Shown here piece by piece: positions 1 through 8,429 of a DNA stretch of 64,000 bases. The stretch lies in assembly GCF_030373265.1 (NCBI RefSeq), contig NZ_JAUCZC010000007.1:65456-129455 (forward strand). The letters are read 5' to 3'. The notes beneath the pieces were generated by a model. That model did no database searches. It saw only the letters and a program-made list of their open reading frames with translations, and was not told the DNA's origin. Source of the stretch: Blastomonas sp. (GTDB lineage: Bacteria > Pseudomonadota > Alphaproteobacteria > Sphingomonadales > Sphingomonadaceae). Within the stretch, counting starts at the first letter, position 1. Each line of letters starts with the position of its first letter. The position numbers were made by a program, and so were the translations under genes.

Positions 1-90
1 CTTCCACCAGAATGACGCAAACCTCGCGAATCCCCTCGACCCCACGGCATGGACGCGTCAGTCTCGCGCCAGAACAAACAGGGGGCATTG

Positions 91-730
91 ATGGTCGCCA
101 TCGTCCAGACCGTGGCGTATCTGGGGCTCGAGGCGCGCAGCGTCGAGGCGCAGGTGCGGATATCGCCGGGGATGAACAAGGGCATCGCGGTGGTCGGCCT
201 TCCTGACAAGGCGGTGGGTGAAAGCCGCGAACGCGTTCGCGCCGCCATCGCCTCGCTGGGTCTGGCGCTCCCTCCCAAGCGCATCACCGTCAACCTGTCG
301 CCCGCCGATCTGCCCAAGGAAGGCTCGCATTGCGATCTGCCGATCGCGCTGGCGATGCTGGCGGCGATGGGGATCATCGATGCCGAATTGGCCAGCGAAT
401 ATGTCGCGGTGGGCGAACTCGCGCTCGACGGACGGATCGCCGCCTCGCCCGGCGTATTGCTCGCCGCGCTGCACGCCTCTGCCACCGGACGCGGGTTGAT
501 CTGCCCGGCGGCGCAGGGGGCGGAAGCGGCTTGGGCGGGCGGCATCGACGTGATCGCTGCGCCCGATCTGCTGACCTTGCTCAACCACCTCAAGGGCAAT
601 GGCCGGCTCAGCCCGCCCAAGCCCGGCATCGCCGAAGCGCCCGCACCGGGCCCCGACCTCAAACAGGTCAAGGGGCAGGAGACCGCCAAGCGCGCGCTCG
701 AGATCGCGGCTGCCGGGGGCCACAACATGG
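91..730 (+). pseudogene. comM: comM/yifB (Mg-chelatase-like AAA+ competence protein), 5' fragment split by island insertion
   Basis: ORF 49..738; the likely start is ATG 91 (MVAIVQTVAYLGLEA...VVGLPDKAVGESRERVRAAI, a typical ComM N-terminus). The frame reaches AAAGGHNM, enters foreign DNA and stops at 736-738. The Walker-A half resumes at 11797. Confidence 0.85.
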
Positions 731-731
731 T
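721..731. other. attL junction core (CACAACATGGT)
   Basis: This 11-mer recurs as CACAACAGGGT at 11788-11798 (10/11 identical). The sequence to its left is comM and the sequence to its right is island DNA. Confidence 0.7.
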
Positions 732-797
732 AAGATAATATACGGTTACACCCATGAGCCGGAGCAGTCTGCAACGGCATGCTGGCAGGAGCCTAAA

Positions 798-1133
798 ATG
801 GGTCGCAAACGCAATGTATGTTATGAAGTAGTGCTTCGTGATGGTGGTGGGGGGTATTGGCTCACGATTGAGCCGCAGCACCGGACATTCTCCGATGAAT
901 TTCTCCTGAGCAAATCCGAGCTACACAGTAGGGCGGTCGCAGTCGTAAGCTCCTTAGGCACGGTCGTCCTGCGAGATGAGACAACCGAAGACGGGTCGGG
1001 TGCTGAACGAACTGGGCGCTATTTTGCTGCCCGCGCACCTTGGGCAAACAACGATTACGCCCCTCCGATCACCGATGATGAACCGACCCTCTTCGATGCT
1101 CGTCTCATGCCTGATTGGTATTATCGACGCTAA
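798..1133 (+). CDS. hypothetical protein (111 aa), first gene inside the island left end
   Basis: Internal ATG at 798 of track ORF 330..1133, preceded by AGGAG with 6-nt spacing. Sequence is MGRKRNVCYEVVLRDGGGGYWLTIEPQ... I recognise no family. Confidence 0.45.
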   Translation: MGRKRNVCYEVVLRDGGGGYWLTIEPQHRTFSDEFLLSKSELHSRAVAVVSSLGTVVLRDETTEDGSGAERTGRYFAARAPWANNDYAPPITDDEPTLFDARLMPDWYYRR

Positions 1134-1136
1134 GCA

Positions 1137-1257
1137 GGGATGCTTCGCATCCCAATTTCAAGCCCCACACCTTTGCACGCGTGCAGCCCCAATTTCCGAC
1201 GTTGTGATCGTATTGGCCTGTATTGAGTGATCCAAAACCCCTAATTTACAGGTATTG
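1137..1257 (+). other. candidate oriT / relaxosome binding region
   Basis: Intergenic region directly upstream of the RHH-T4CP-relaxase operon. It contains hairpin GGGATGC-TTC-GCATCCC (1137-1153), a perfect 12-bp palindrome TGCACGCGTGCA (1174-1185), the 9-bp direct repeat CCCAATTTC (1151-1159 and 1188-1196), and three GTATTG motifs (1210, 1220, 1252). Confidence 0.4.
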
Positions 1258-1268
1258 ACGAAATACAC

Positions 1269-1604
1269 ATGGCCGCCACCACCGTCATTCAGACCCGCAT
1301 CGTTCCGAAGCTTGCTATGCTGCTAGACAGCCGCGCCGCCGAAGCAGGGATCACACGCGCCGAGATGGTCCGCATAATGTTAGAAGCGGCGCTTGATTCC
1401 CCGCAGCCGGTTCGCGCCACAGTGACCGATCCGCTGCTAGGCGAGATCGCTGTAGAGCTGGGTGCGCTCATAGCCCGGGTAGATGCGTGCGAAACCAGCG
1501 CACACAACGCCCATGCCACCGCTCGCCTTGCTGCGCTCATGCTCCTACCCGCCGAGCGCCAGCAAGCGTTCATTGACAAGCTCAAGCAGGCCATTCGCTC
1601 ATGA
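1269..1604 (+). CDS. ribbon-helix-helix (CopG/MobC-like) relaxosome accessory protein
   Basis: 111 aa. The N-terminus TRIVPKLAMLLDSRAAEAGITRAEMVRIMLEAAL fits a beta-strand plus two-helix RHH pattern. Its stop overlaps the T4CP start (ATGA at 1601-1604). Confidence 0.6.
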   Translation: MAATTVIQTRIVPKLAMLLDSRAAEAGITRAEMVRIMLEAALDSPQPVRATVTDPLLGEIAVELGALIARVDACETSAHNAHATARLAALMLLPAERQQAFIDKLKQAIRS

Positions 1605-3412
1605 GCCGTGCGACTGAACAGGCGGGGCGTGGCCATGCCATCGAGAAATGGCGCTTGCGTTCGACGCTCATTCTGTTGCGCACAGGCGTAGCCTTCAGCC
1701 TGCTGGGCATGGTGAGCGGTGTAACGTTGGTCGGCCTCGCATCAAACGATACAGACCGCCAGCACGCAATCTCATTCACGAAAGCTAAAGCCTCACAGCA
1801 TCTGGATGCTGCCATACAGATTGATCCCCGTCGTTCCGTTGCAGCGCCCACAGTTCTAAATAGAGACGCGCCGGAGCGTATCGCTGCGGTCCGACTCTTC
1901 TCGCGAATGGCCATAGCTGGCGGCCTCCTCGGACTTCTGCTCGGCATTGGTGGGGTTACGCTTTTGCGGGGCCACTGGATTAAGGCGGCCCAACACGCAG
2001 CTCTCGATCAAGTGCTGCGCGGCAACCGGGTCGCGACCGCCGATGAGCTCACGAGGCTTGTCATGAAGAACAAGCCGTCAGAACCTTTGCGCATCGGAGG
2101 GGTGCCAATCCCGCCGCAAGACGAGGCTCGGCATTTCTTGGACATTGGTAAATCGGGCACCGGCAAAACCAGCGTCTTGCAAGATCATCTCAGCCAGATC
2201 GTAGCCCGCGGAGAAAATGCACTAATCTTCGATCCGGATGGCAGCTACGTTGAACGCTTCTTCCAACCCGAACGCGGCGATATAATTCTGAATCCTTGGG
2301 ACGGACGCAGCCATCGCTGGAACATGCTCGCCGACATCGCCAGCTTGGACGATGCCCACCGCATCGCCGCCATCTTGCTCCCCAAGCCCTCGAAAGTTGG
2401 CGAAAGCAATTTCTGGTTCGATCAAGCCCGAGCCCTGCTGGCCCATATCCTAGATCATACGGCCCACACTGAGTCCGCAAGTTTGGATGCGCTCTCCTCT
2501 ATCCTTAACACCACCACCGCTGAAGATTTGCGCACGATCGTGACTAACACGGCGGCAGCCCGCATTTTCGAGTCGGGGGGTGAACGAGCCACCGCTAGCG
2601 TTCTGTTTATGATGACAATGGCCGCCCGCACCGTCGCAACGCTAGCCACCATCCCGGAGAACGCACCTACCTTCAGCTTCGACTGCTTTTACGCTGGCCT
2701 CGCCGAACATGAAGGCCCGAAGCCAATGATTTTCTTGGCGGTACCGCGTCGATATCGCGACGCTGGCGGACCTATAATTGCGGCGTGGATAGATGCGGCA
2801 GCGTCGGCCATCCTTCAGCGCAACCCCGGAGACGCGCCAAAGGCTTGGTTGTTTCTGGACGAGTTAGCTTCACTCCCTCCGGTCCAATCCTTGCTCACTC
2901 TGCTACCAGAAGGCCGCAAGCACCGAGCCTGCGTCGTCATCGCCTTTCAGTCTATCGCGCAGCTGAGACAGACGTATGGCAATGACGGCGCGGAAATCAT
3001 TTCCGGCCAAACCGCCACCCAGTTCATTATGGCACCGGGCGATGCGGCAACTGCTAAGTGGGCTGTCGATCTATTCGGCTCGGCTGAGGTTGAGACCCAA
3101 CGCGCCAGCGAATCCCTGGGTGACGACCCCAAAGCGCACGGGTCACTTGCCATCCACCGCGAGCGCAAAGCCATTGTTATGGACAGCGAAGTCACCAACC
3201 TCGCCACCGGCGAAGGCTTCCTGCGTCTGTCAGGCTACCCAATCGCTCAAGTGCTGATCGCGCCGCCTAAAGCCCTGGACATTATTGCGCCAGCCTTTGT
3301 TCCTGCGCGCCTAACTCCCCGCACCTGTTCAACTTCGTCCTGCAGCGCACCACCCGTGGACGCAGTTCGGATAGAGGACCGCGATGACTGGTTGTCGATG
3401 GGAGGGCTATGA
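1601..3412 (+). CDS. type IV coupling protein (TraG/TraD/VirD4 family)
   Basis: 603 aa with two N-terminal TM segments, Walker A GKSGTGKTS and Walker B-like WLFLDELASLP. It is translationally coupled to the relaxase gene. Confidence 0.8.
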   Translation: MSRATEQAGRGHAIEKWRLRSTLILLRTGVAFSLLGMVSGVTLVGLASNDTDRQHAISFTKAKASQHLDAAIQIDPRRSVAAPTVLNRDAPERIAAVRLFSRMAIAGGLLGLLLGIGGVTLLRGHWIKAAQHAALDQVLRGNRVATADELTRLVMKNKPSEPLRIGGVPIPPQDEARHFLDIGKSGTGKTSVLQDHLSQIVARGENALIFDPDGSYVERFFQPERGDIILNPWDGRSHRWNMLADIASLDDAHRIAAILLPKPSKVGESNFWFDQARALLAHILDHTAHTESASLDALSSILNTTTAEDLRTIVTNTAAARIFESGGERATASVLFMMTMAARTVATLATIPENAPTFSFDCFYAGLAEHEGPKPMIFLAVPRRYRDAGGPIIAAWIDAAASAILQRNPGDAPKAWLFLDELASLPPVQSLLTLLPEGRKHRACVVIAFQSIAQLRQTYGNDGAEIISGQTATQFIMAPGDAATAKWAVDLFGSAEVETQRASESLGDDPKAHGSLAIHRERKAIVMDSEVTNLATGEGFLRLSGYPIAQVLIAPPKALDIIAPAFVPARLTPRTCSTSSCSAPPVDAVRIEDRDDWLSMGGL

Positions 3413-6219
3413 TGGTAGCTAAGCCCATCAAACTCACCGACCCCGCTGCGGCTTATAATTATTATCAGGCCGACGATTATTGGAGCCGCGAAGCTGCAGG
3501 CCAGTGGAAGGGTCGCGCTGCGCGGGCCCTCGGTTTAGAAGGGGAAGTCGACCCCGACCAATTCATGAGCCTGCTCAAGGGGCAGTTGCCAAATGGCACC
3601 CAGATCGGCACTAGCCGCAAAGGCGTGCGCGAGCATACCCCGGGTTTCGACCTCACCATGAGTGCACCCAAGTCAGTATCGGTAATAGGGCTAGTCGCGG
3701 GTGACCGCCGAGTCATCGACGCACATGCTCGCGCGGTCGATGTTGCTCTAGGATATGCCGAACGTCATATCGGCGTTACCCGTATTCGCAATGGGGAGAC
3801 GGTCGAGCGGATCGCTACGGAGAAGCTGGCCATCGCGCAATTTTTGCACGTAACCGCCCGCGAAACCGAAAACGGCACGCCTGCGCCGCAGATCCATTCG
3901 CACAACGTCATCCTAAACATGACTCAGGACTGTGACAGCAACTGGCGCAGCCTTGATGCACGTGACCTCTATCGCCTCCAGAAGCACATTGGCGCGGTCT
4001 ACCATATGGAACTTGCAGCCGAATTGCGGCAGCTTGGCTACAGCGTAATCGTCGCGCCCGATACCACCTTTGAGATTGATGGCGTGCCCGAGCATGTGTT
4101 ACGCGCCTTCTCGCCCCGGTCCCGTCAGATCGAGGCCGCCTTGGCCGCACGAGGGCAGACCCGCGCCAATGCATCAGCAGCCGAGAAGAGCGTCATTGCG
4201 CTGAAAACCCGCGCACCCAAGCGAACTGTCAATTATGCCACGCTCGCCGCCACTTGGCGCACCCAAGCCGATGAACTAGGACTCGACGAAGACGCCCGCC
4301 GTGCCCTCGTCGATGCAGCCGAAGCCCAAGCGGTCGGCAGACCCAATCTGGGCACAATCCGACGCATGGCCGAAGCAGACAAGGCCGTTTCTTTCGCCAT
4401 GGCCAAGCTCTCCGAGCGCCAGGCAGTGTTCACTGCAGCCGATCTTGAACGTGAAGCAGGGCAAAAAGCTAGCGGCGCTGCAACTCATGGTGATGTGGTC
4501 GCCGCCATCGCTCGAGCCGAGCGAAAACAGGCCCTTATGGTTCGTGCCGCCCCTCGCATGGCAAAGGGCATTGTAGGCTATACAACCCGCGAGGCCGTCA
4601 TCACGGAACAGGCAATGCTCGCGATGGAGACGGAAGGACGCGAAACTGGCAAGCCGATAGTTGGACTGGTTAGGGCTGAGGCCGCTATCGCATCGGCTGA
4701 GCGCCGTTCAGCCCACGCTTGGACCGAGGGACAAAAGGTGGCAACTCGGCAGTTGCTCCTGTCCTCGTCCGCCGTCACTGGCCTGCAGGGCCATGCCGGA
4801 ACTGCCAAGACGACAACCGTTTTAAAGACGGTCGCCGAAGCAGCACGCACCCAAAAGAAAACGGTGCGCGCTCTTGCCCCCACCGCAACGGCTGCCGATG
4901 TATTAGGTCGCGCGATCAAGGCGGAACCTACAACGGTCGCGAGGATGCTATCCCATTCAAGTGAATTGTCCGAACCAGGTACCGAGGTCTGGATCGTGGA
5001 CGAAGCTTCTATGCTGTCAGCGCGCGATGCCCGGCGCCTAATTGCCCGCGCCCGCGATGCTAAGGCTAAACTAATTCTGGTTGGCGATGTCGAACAGCTC
5101 GGCTCGGTGGAGGCAGGGCGCGCATTTGGGCAGCTTCGAGAAGCGGGCATGGAAACGGCCGTGATGGACGAGATCGTGCGCCAATCAAATCACCACACCC
5201 GGAAGGCAGTCGAGGCCATGCTGGCAGGCGATGCCTCGGCGGCTTTCGATGCGCTCGACGCTGGCGGTGGGTCGATAGTCGAGCATGAAGAAGACGATGT
5301 GCGCCATGCGCTGATGGCGAGGGATTTTGTCAAGCTGTCGCCTGAGGAGCGCGCGGCCACTATAGTCTTGGACACAACCCGCGAGGGCAGGCAGCGACTC
5401 ACGGCATCAATAAGATTTGCCCTAGTTAGAGACGGCACACTCGGAGAGCAGGCCATGATCGCGAAGGTGCTAGAGCCTGTTGGTTTCACCCGCGCCGAAG
5501 CGCGCAACGCTGCAAGCTATCAGCCAGGGCAGATCGTGACGTTCCGTAAAGGGGCCGGTAAAGGGCAGCCGCGCCCCGGCATCGGATATAAGGTGGACGC
5601 TGTTGATGCCGACGCCGGAACCGTGCGGCTGATTGGCGAGAAGGACACGCCGATCATCTGGTCACCGGCGATGTCAGGCGGCGATAGGGCTGAAGCTTTC
5701 GTTGAAGTTGAACAGGAATTCCGTGCTGGTGACCGCATACAGTTCACCCGCAACAACTATACTGCCAATCGACTCAACGGCCACACTGCTACGGTGGTAG
5801 AACTTGATCCCATCGGCGGCTCGATGGTTGTAGAGCGGCAGCGCGATGGAAAGCTCCAGCGGCTCGACCTGCATCATTTGGCCGATCGCTATGTCCGTCA
5901 TGGTTGGGTGCAGACCATCCACGCCGCCCAAGGGGCAACCTCTGACCGGGTTATGGCGCATATGGAGTCTTTCCGGACCAACACTGTGGACACTCGAGCC
6001 GCCTACGTCGCCATTAGCCGGGCGAGGTCCTATGCAGTGCTCTACACCGATAGCAGGGCCAAACTCGCGCAAGCTCTCGGCTCGCGAGACGTTGCGCAAG
6101 TGGGAGCGATCGATGAATTGGATACTACGAAAGGCCAGTTAAAAGACGCTGCTCGAAAAAGCGCCGAAATTTCTTACACAACGAACAAGCCAACGTTTAA
6201 CGAGGCATATTCAGTTTGA
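3409..6219 (+). CDS. MOBF-type conjugative relaxase with C-terminal RecD-like helicase (TrwC/TraA family)
   Basis: 936 aa. The N-terminus is a TrwC-like relaxase domain (AAAYNYYQADDYW, histidine motif PQIHSHNVILN). The helicase part has GHAGTAKTT Walker A and VWIVDEASML Walker B. Confidence 0.85.
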   Translation: MMVAKPIKLTDPAAAYNYYQADDYWSREAAGQWKGRAARALGLEGEVDPDQFMSLLKGQLPNGTQIGTSRKGVREHTPGFDLTMSAPKSVSVIGLVAGDRRVIDAHARAVDVALGYAERHIGVTRIRNGETVERIATEKLAIAQFLHVTARETENGTPAPQIHSHNVILNMTQDCDSNWRSLDARDLYRLQKHIGAVYHMELAAELRQLGYSVIVAPDTTFEIDGVPEHVLRAFSPRSRQIEAALAARGQTRANASAAEKSVIALKTRAPKRTVNYATLAATWRTQADELGLDEDARRALVDAAEAQAVGRPNLGTIRRMAEADKAVSFAMAKLSERQAVFTAADLEREAGQKASGAATHGDVVAAIARAERKQALMVRAAPRMAKGIVGYTTREAVITEQAMLAMETEGRETGKPIVGLVRAEAAIASAERRSAHAWTEGQKVATRQLLLSSSAVTGLQGHAGTAKTTTVLKTVAEAARTQKKTVRALAPTATAADVLGRAIKAEPTTVARMLSHSSELSEPGTEVWIVDEASMLSARDARRLIARARDAKAKLILVGDVEQLGSVEAGRAFGQLREAGMETAVMDEIVRQSNHHTRKAVEAMLAGDASAAFDALDAGGGSIVEHEEDDVRHALMARDFVKLSPEERAATIVLDTTREGRQRLTASIRFALVRDGTLGEQAMIAKVLEPVGFTRAEARNAASYQPGQIVTFRKGAGKGQPRPGIGYKVDAVDADAGTVRLIGEKDTPIIWSPAMSGGDRAEAFVEVEQEFRAGDRIQFTRNNYTANRLNGHTATVVELDPIGGSMVVERQRDGKLQRLDLHHLADRYVRHGWVQTIHAAQGATSDRVMAHMESFRTNTVDTRAAYVAISRARSYAVLYTDSRAKLAQALGSRDVAQVGAIDELDTTKGQLKDAARKSAEISYTTNKPTFNEAYSV

Positions 6220-6220
6220 T

Positions 6221-6350
6221 ACGCCTGTGTAGATTAATTTGACGGCCCGCTCCTGCCGTCATTTAACCCGACCGCCGGTTGATACGGAAATCGAGATGGC
6301 GCTTGTGTGTGGGCTGCCAACAGCCATTTGGTTTGAGCGGAGCGCCAATT
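6221..6350 (-). ncRNA. candidate structured ncRNA downstream of the dual-RT operon (possible DRT3-type ncRNA)
   Basis: On the minus-strand RNA an outer stem GGCGCU/AGCGCC (6298-6303 pairs with 6341-6346) encloses hairpin GGCUG-UUGG-CAGCC (6312-6325). An unpaired CACACACA tract follows (6304-6311). Further hairpins follow, including GACGGC...GCCGUC (6241-6260). No ORF is present. Confidence 0.4.
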
Positions 6351-8429
6351 TCAATATACGTCACGACTACGCTTCGCGTCCAGTTCCTTTGTGAGATCAA
6401 ATTTGTCGCCCCAGGCCGTGAACCAATGACTGTTGACCGCCTGAAGCTCTGCCAACTGAGCGGCATCCAAACCGAAGATGGCACCCGCAGAATTTTGAGT
6501 AGCGACCGACACGTAAGGACAAACAACTAGGTCCAGAAATAGCATCAAAGCCTCAGCATCATTTGGACAATGCGTCTTGACAAAATCGAGCTTCGCAAGA
6601 GCCTGAGCTTCAATAAAGGCGCGAAGTTTTGCATACCTCACTTTATTCTTTACGTATGACAAGAGAACGGTGATTGAAAAGTGATTTAAAAATTTCTCGC
6701 GCAGATAAACTCCCGATTTCTCATCCCATTTTATAAGGAAGTGGCTAGCTACAGCCTCTTCCGGAAGCCAATATTCGCGACCAATTCCAGATAGCACTAT
6801 CAGCAGATACAAGCTCTCAATCTCTCTGTGAGAACTCATTTTATTCTTAGCCAGCATCTCGCGAATATTATCATGCACGAATTTGAAAAGCAGATGCTTG
6901 AGCTCATGAGGAAACTGACGACTGGTTAAAAAACCGACTGCTGTCGCCACCATTCGACACATTCTAATAGTATGATTCACTTTCGGACTTGCTGAATAAG
7001 CAAAGAACGAAAACTCGAGAAGAGCTATAATAGCATTTACCATTCGGCGGCGATCAATGTGATCCCCATCACTAGCCAAATAAGCCCCGATAATTATGTC
7101 AACTTTGTTTTCAATAATTGCGAACGTGTAATTCAATAGATCAGAGTATTCTACTTTCGACTCTTTTATTACTGTCTTGTAACCAACAATTAATCGATTG
7201 GCGTTTAAATTACAGCTAAATCTCTTAACAATCTCGCCCCCAGTATCACTATTATCGGTCTCTTCCACAGACGGGTCAATAACTGAATTCATCAAGGTCG
7301 AAATATGCTCTTTCGCAATTGTAATTTCAGTTATTATGGGCTTAGGATATACTTTTAACTTTGCGGGATTTATCGCTAATTTTTTCGATTTCAAAATTTC
7401 TTGAAGCTCCTCAATGACGTGAAGCTCCGTCGATTTATCATTATAGAAAACAAAAAAATCATCGACGTATCGGAAAATCTCATAATGGCTTTTGTGCTTT
7501 AAATTTGCCCGATCGAAAAGAGCGCGCTCCAGTTCAACGTCAACAGACTGAAGAATGATTTCGGCAAATATTCTAGAGAATTCCGGGCCTATTACAATTC
7601 CATTAGTCTCATTCTGATTTAGCTGCTGCATCACAGCATCAAAACGACCGCCAAACGTAGATTTTGATCCATCGAGATTAAACTTCGTCTGATTTTTTCC
7701 CATTACAGCCCAAGGCATTGAATGGGTGTAAATGCTATCAAAGCATTTACTTATATCTATCTGCATCATTGCGTCATATTTTTTTTCGCAACGATGATAT
7801 TTATAGGATTCAAAAAACTTGTGTATATTACGATATTTTTGATATACAAAATAGGAACCGATCTGCTCGTATTCCCGGCCATATTCTTCTACCCCGCCTG
7901 AGATACTTTCAAGATCTTGGTCGTGAAGCTTGTCCTTAAAGAATGCATATCGCGATACTGAAACTGGTCGACGAATAGAAAAGGAGCTTAGCGATGTATA
8001 ATATGTGATCATCGCACTGTGGCGAGCATAAAATTCGGCAATACGAACCTGATTACGCGGATGAACAACACTAAGAGTCCGCCCCTCAATTTTATGCGCA
8101 ACCCGAAAATTAAATGGTATTGTTTCCATTCTGCAGGATTTTAACGGCACACTGCGGCGAGTTATTGGCTTAACAGCCCCCCACTCTTTCTGTGTAGTTG
8201 TTTCCACGACAACATTTTTCTTTACGCCGAATATTAGCTTGATGGTTCTTTCCAGGCCAGGCCCGCGATCTATCCATCGAACCCGGCCGTCCTCGATCTC
8301 AACCTTATGATCCCGTAAAAATGCAAAAAATCCGCGATTTGTGAAAGTTGGTGGAACTTCGAACGGCAGCATATCGGTCATCACTGCACGCTGCCTACGG
8401 TGCGTTAGAGCTACACTTCGTTTAGACAT
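6351..8429 (-). CDS. reverse transcriptase, large (692 aa), Drt3b/UG8-like or AbiA-like defence RT
   Basis: RT palm motifs QIDISKCFDSIYTH, GIVIGPEFSRIFAEIIL, IFRYVDDFFVFYND (catalytic YVDD) and KLAINPAKLKVY, plus a long C-terminal alpha-helical extension. N-terminus has LPFEVPPTFTNRGFF. AT-rich. Its start overlaps the upstream RT gene stop by 8 nt. Confidence 0.8.
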   Translation of the reverse strand: MSKRSVALTHRRQRAVMTDMLPFEVPPTFTNRGFFAFLRDHKVEIEDGRVRWIDRGPGLERTIKLIFGVKKNVVVETTTQKEWGAVKPITRRSVPLKSCRMETIPFNFRVAHKIEGRTLSVVHPRNQVRIAEFYARHSAMITYYTSLSSFSIRRPVSVSRYAFFKDKLHDQDLESISGGVEEYGREYEQIGSYFVYQKYRNIHKFFESYKYHRCEKKYDAMMQIDISKCFDSIYTHSMPWAVMGKNQTKFNLDGSKSTFGGRFDAVMQQLNQNETNGIVIGPEFSRIFAEIILQSVDVELERALFDRANLKHKSHYEIFRYVDDFFVFYNDKSTELHVIEELQEILKSKKLAINPAKLKVYPKPIITEITIAKEHISTLMNSVIDPSVEETDNSDTGGEIVKRFSCNLNANRLIVGYKTVIKESKVEYSDLLNYTFAIIENKVDIIIGAYLASDGDHIDRRRMVNAIIALLEFSFFAYSASPKVNHTIRMCRMVATAVGFLTSRQFPHELKHLLFKFVHDNIREMLAKNKMSSHREIESLYLLIVLSGIGREYWLPEEAVASHFLIKWDEKSGVYLREKFLNHFSITVLLSYVKNKVRYAKLRAFIEAQALAKLDFVKTHCPNDAEALMLFLDLVVCPYVSVATQNSAGAIFGLDAAQLAELQAVNSHWFTAWGDKFDLTKELDAKRSRDVY

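Noticed and set aside
700-760. tRNA/tmRNA gene as the island integration target
   Set aside because: No tRNA-like sequence occurs at either boundary. The insertion is intragenic in comM, and the integrase is a serine rather than a tyrosine recombinase.
58-780. 240-aa minus-strand ORF and the 330..1133 plus-strand ORF overlapping comM
   Set aside because: They are antisense or out of frame to a clear ComM N-terminal domain. Their Arg/Ala/Gly/Pro-rich composition is typical of non-coding frames in 65% G+C DNA. Only the 798-1133 part of the second ORF lies in island DNA and has an SD.
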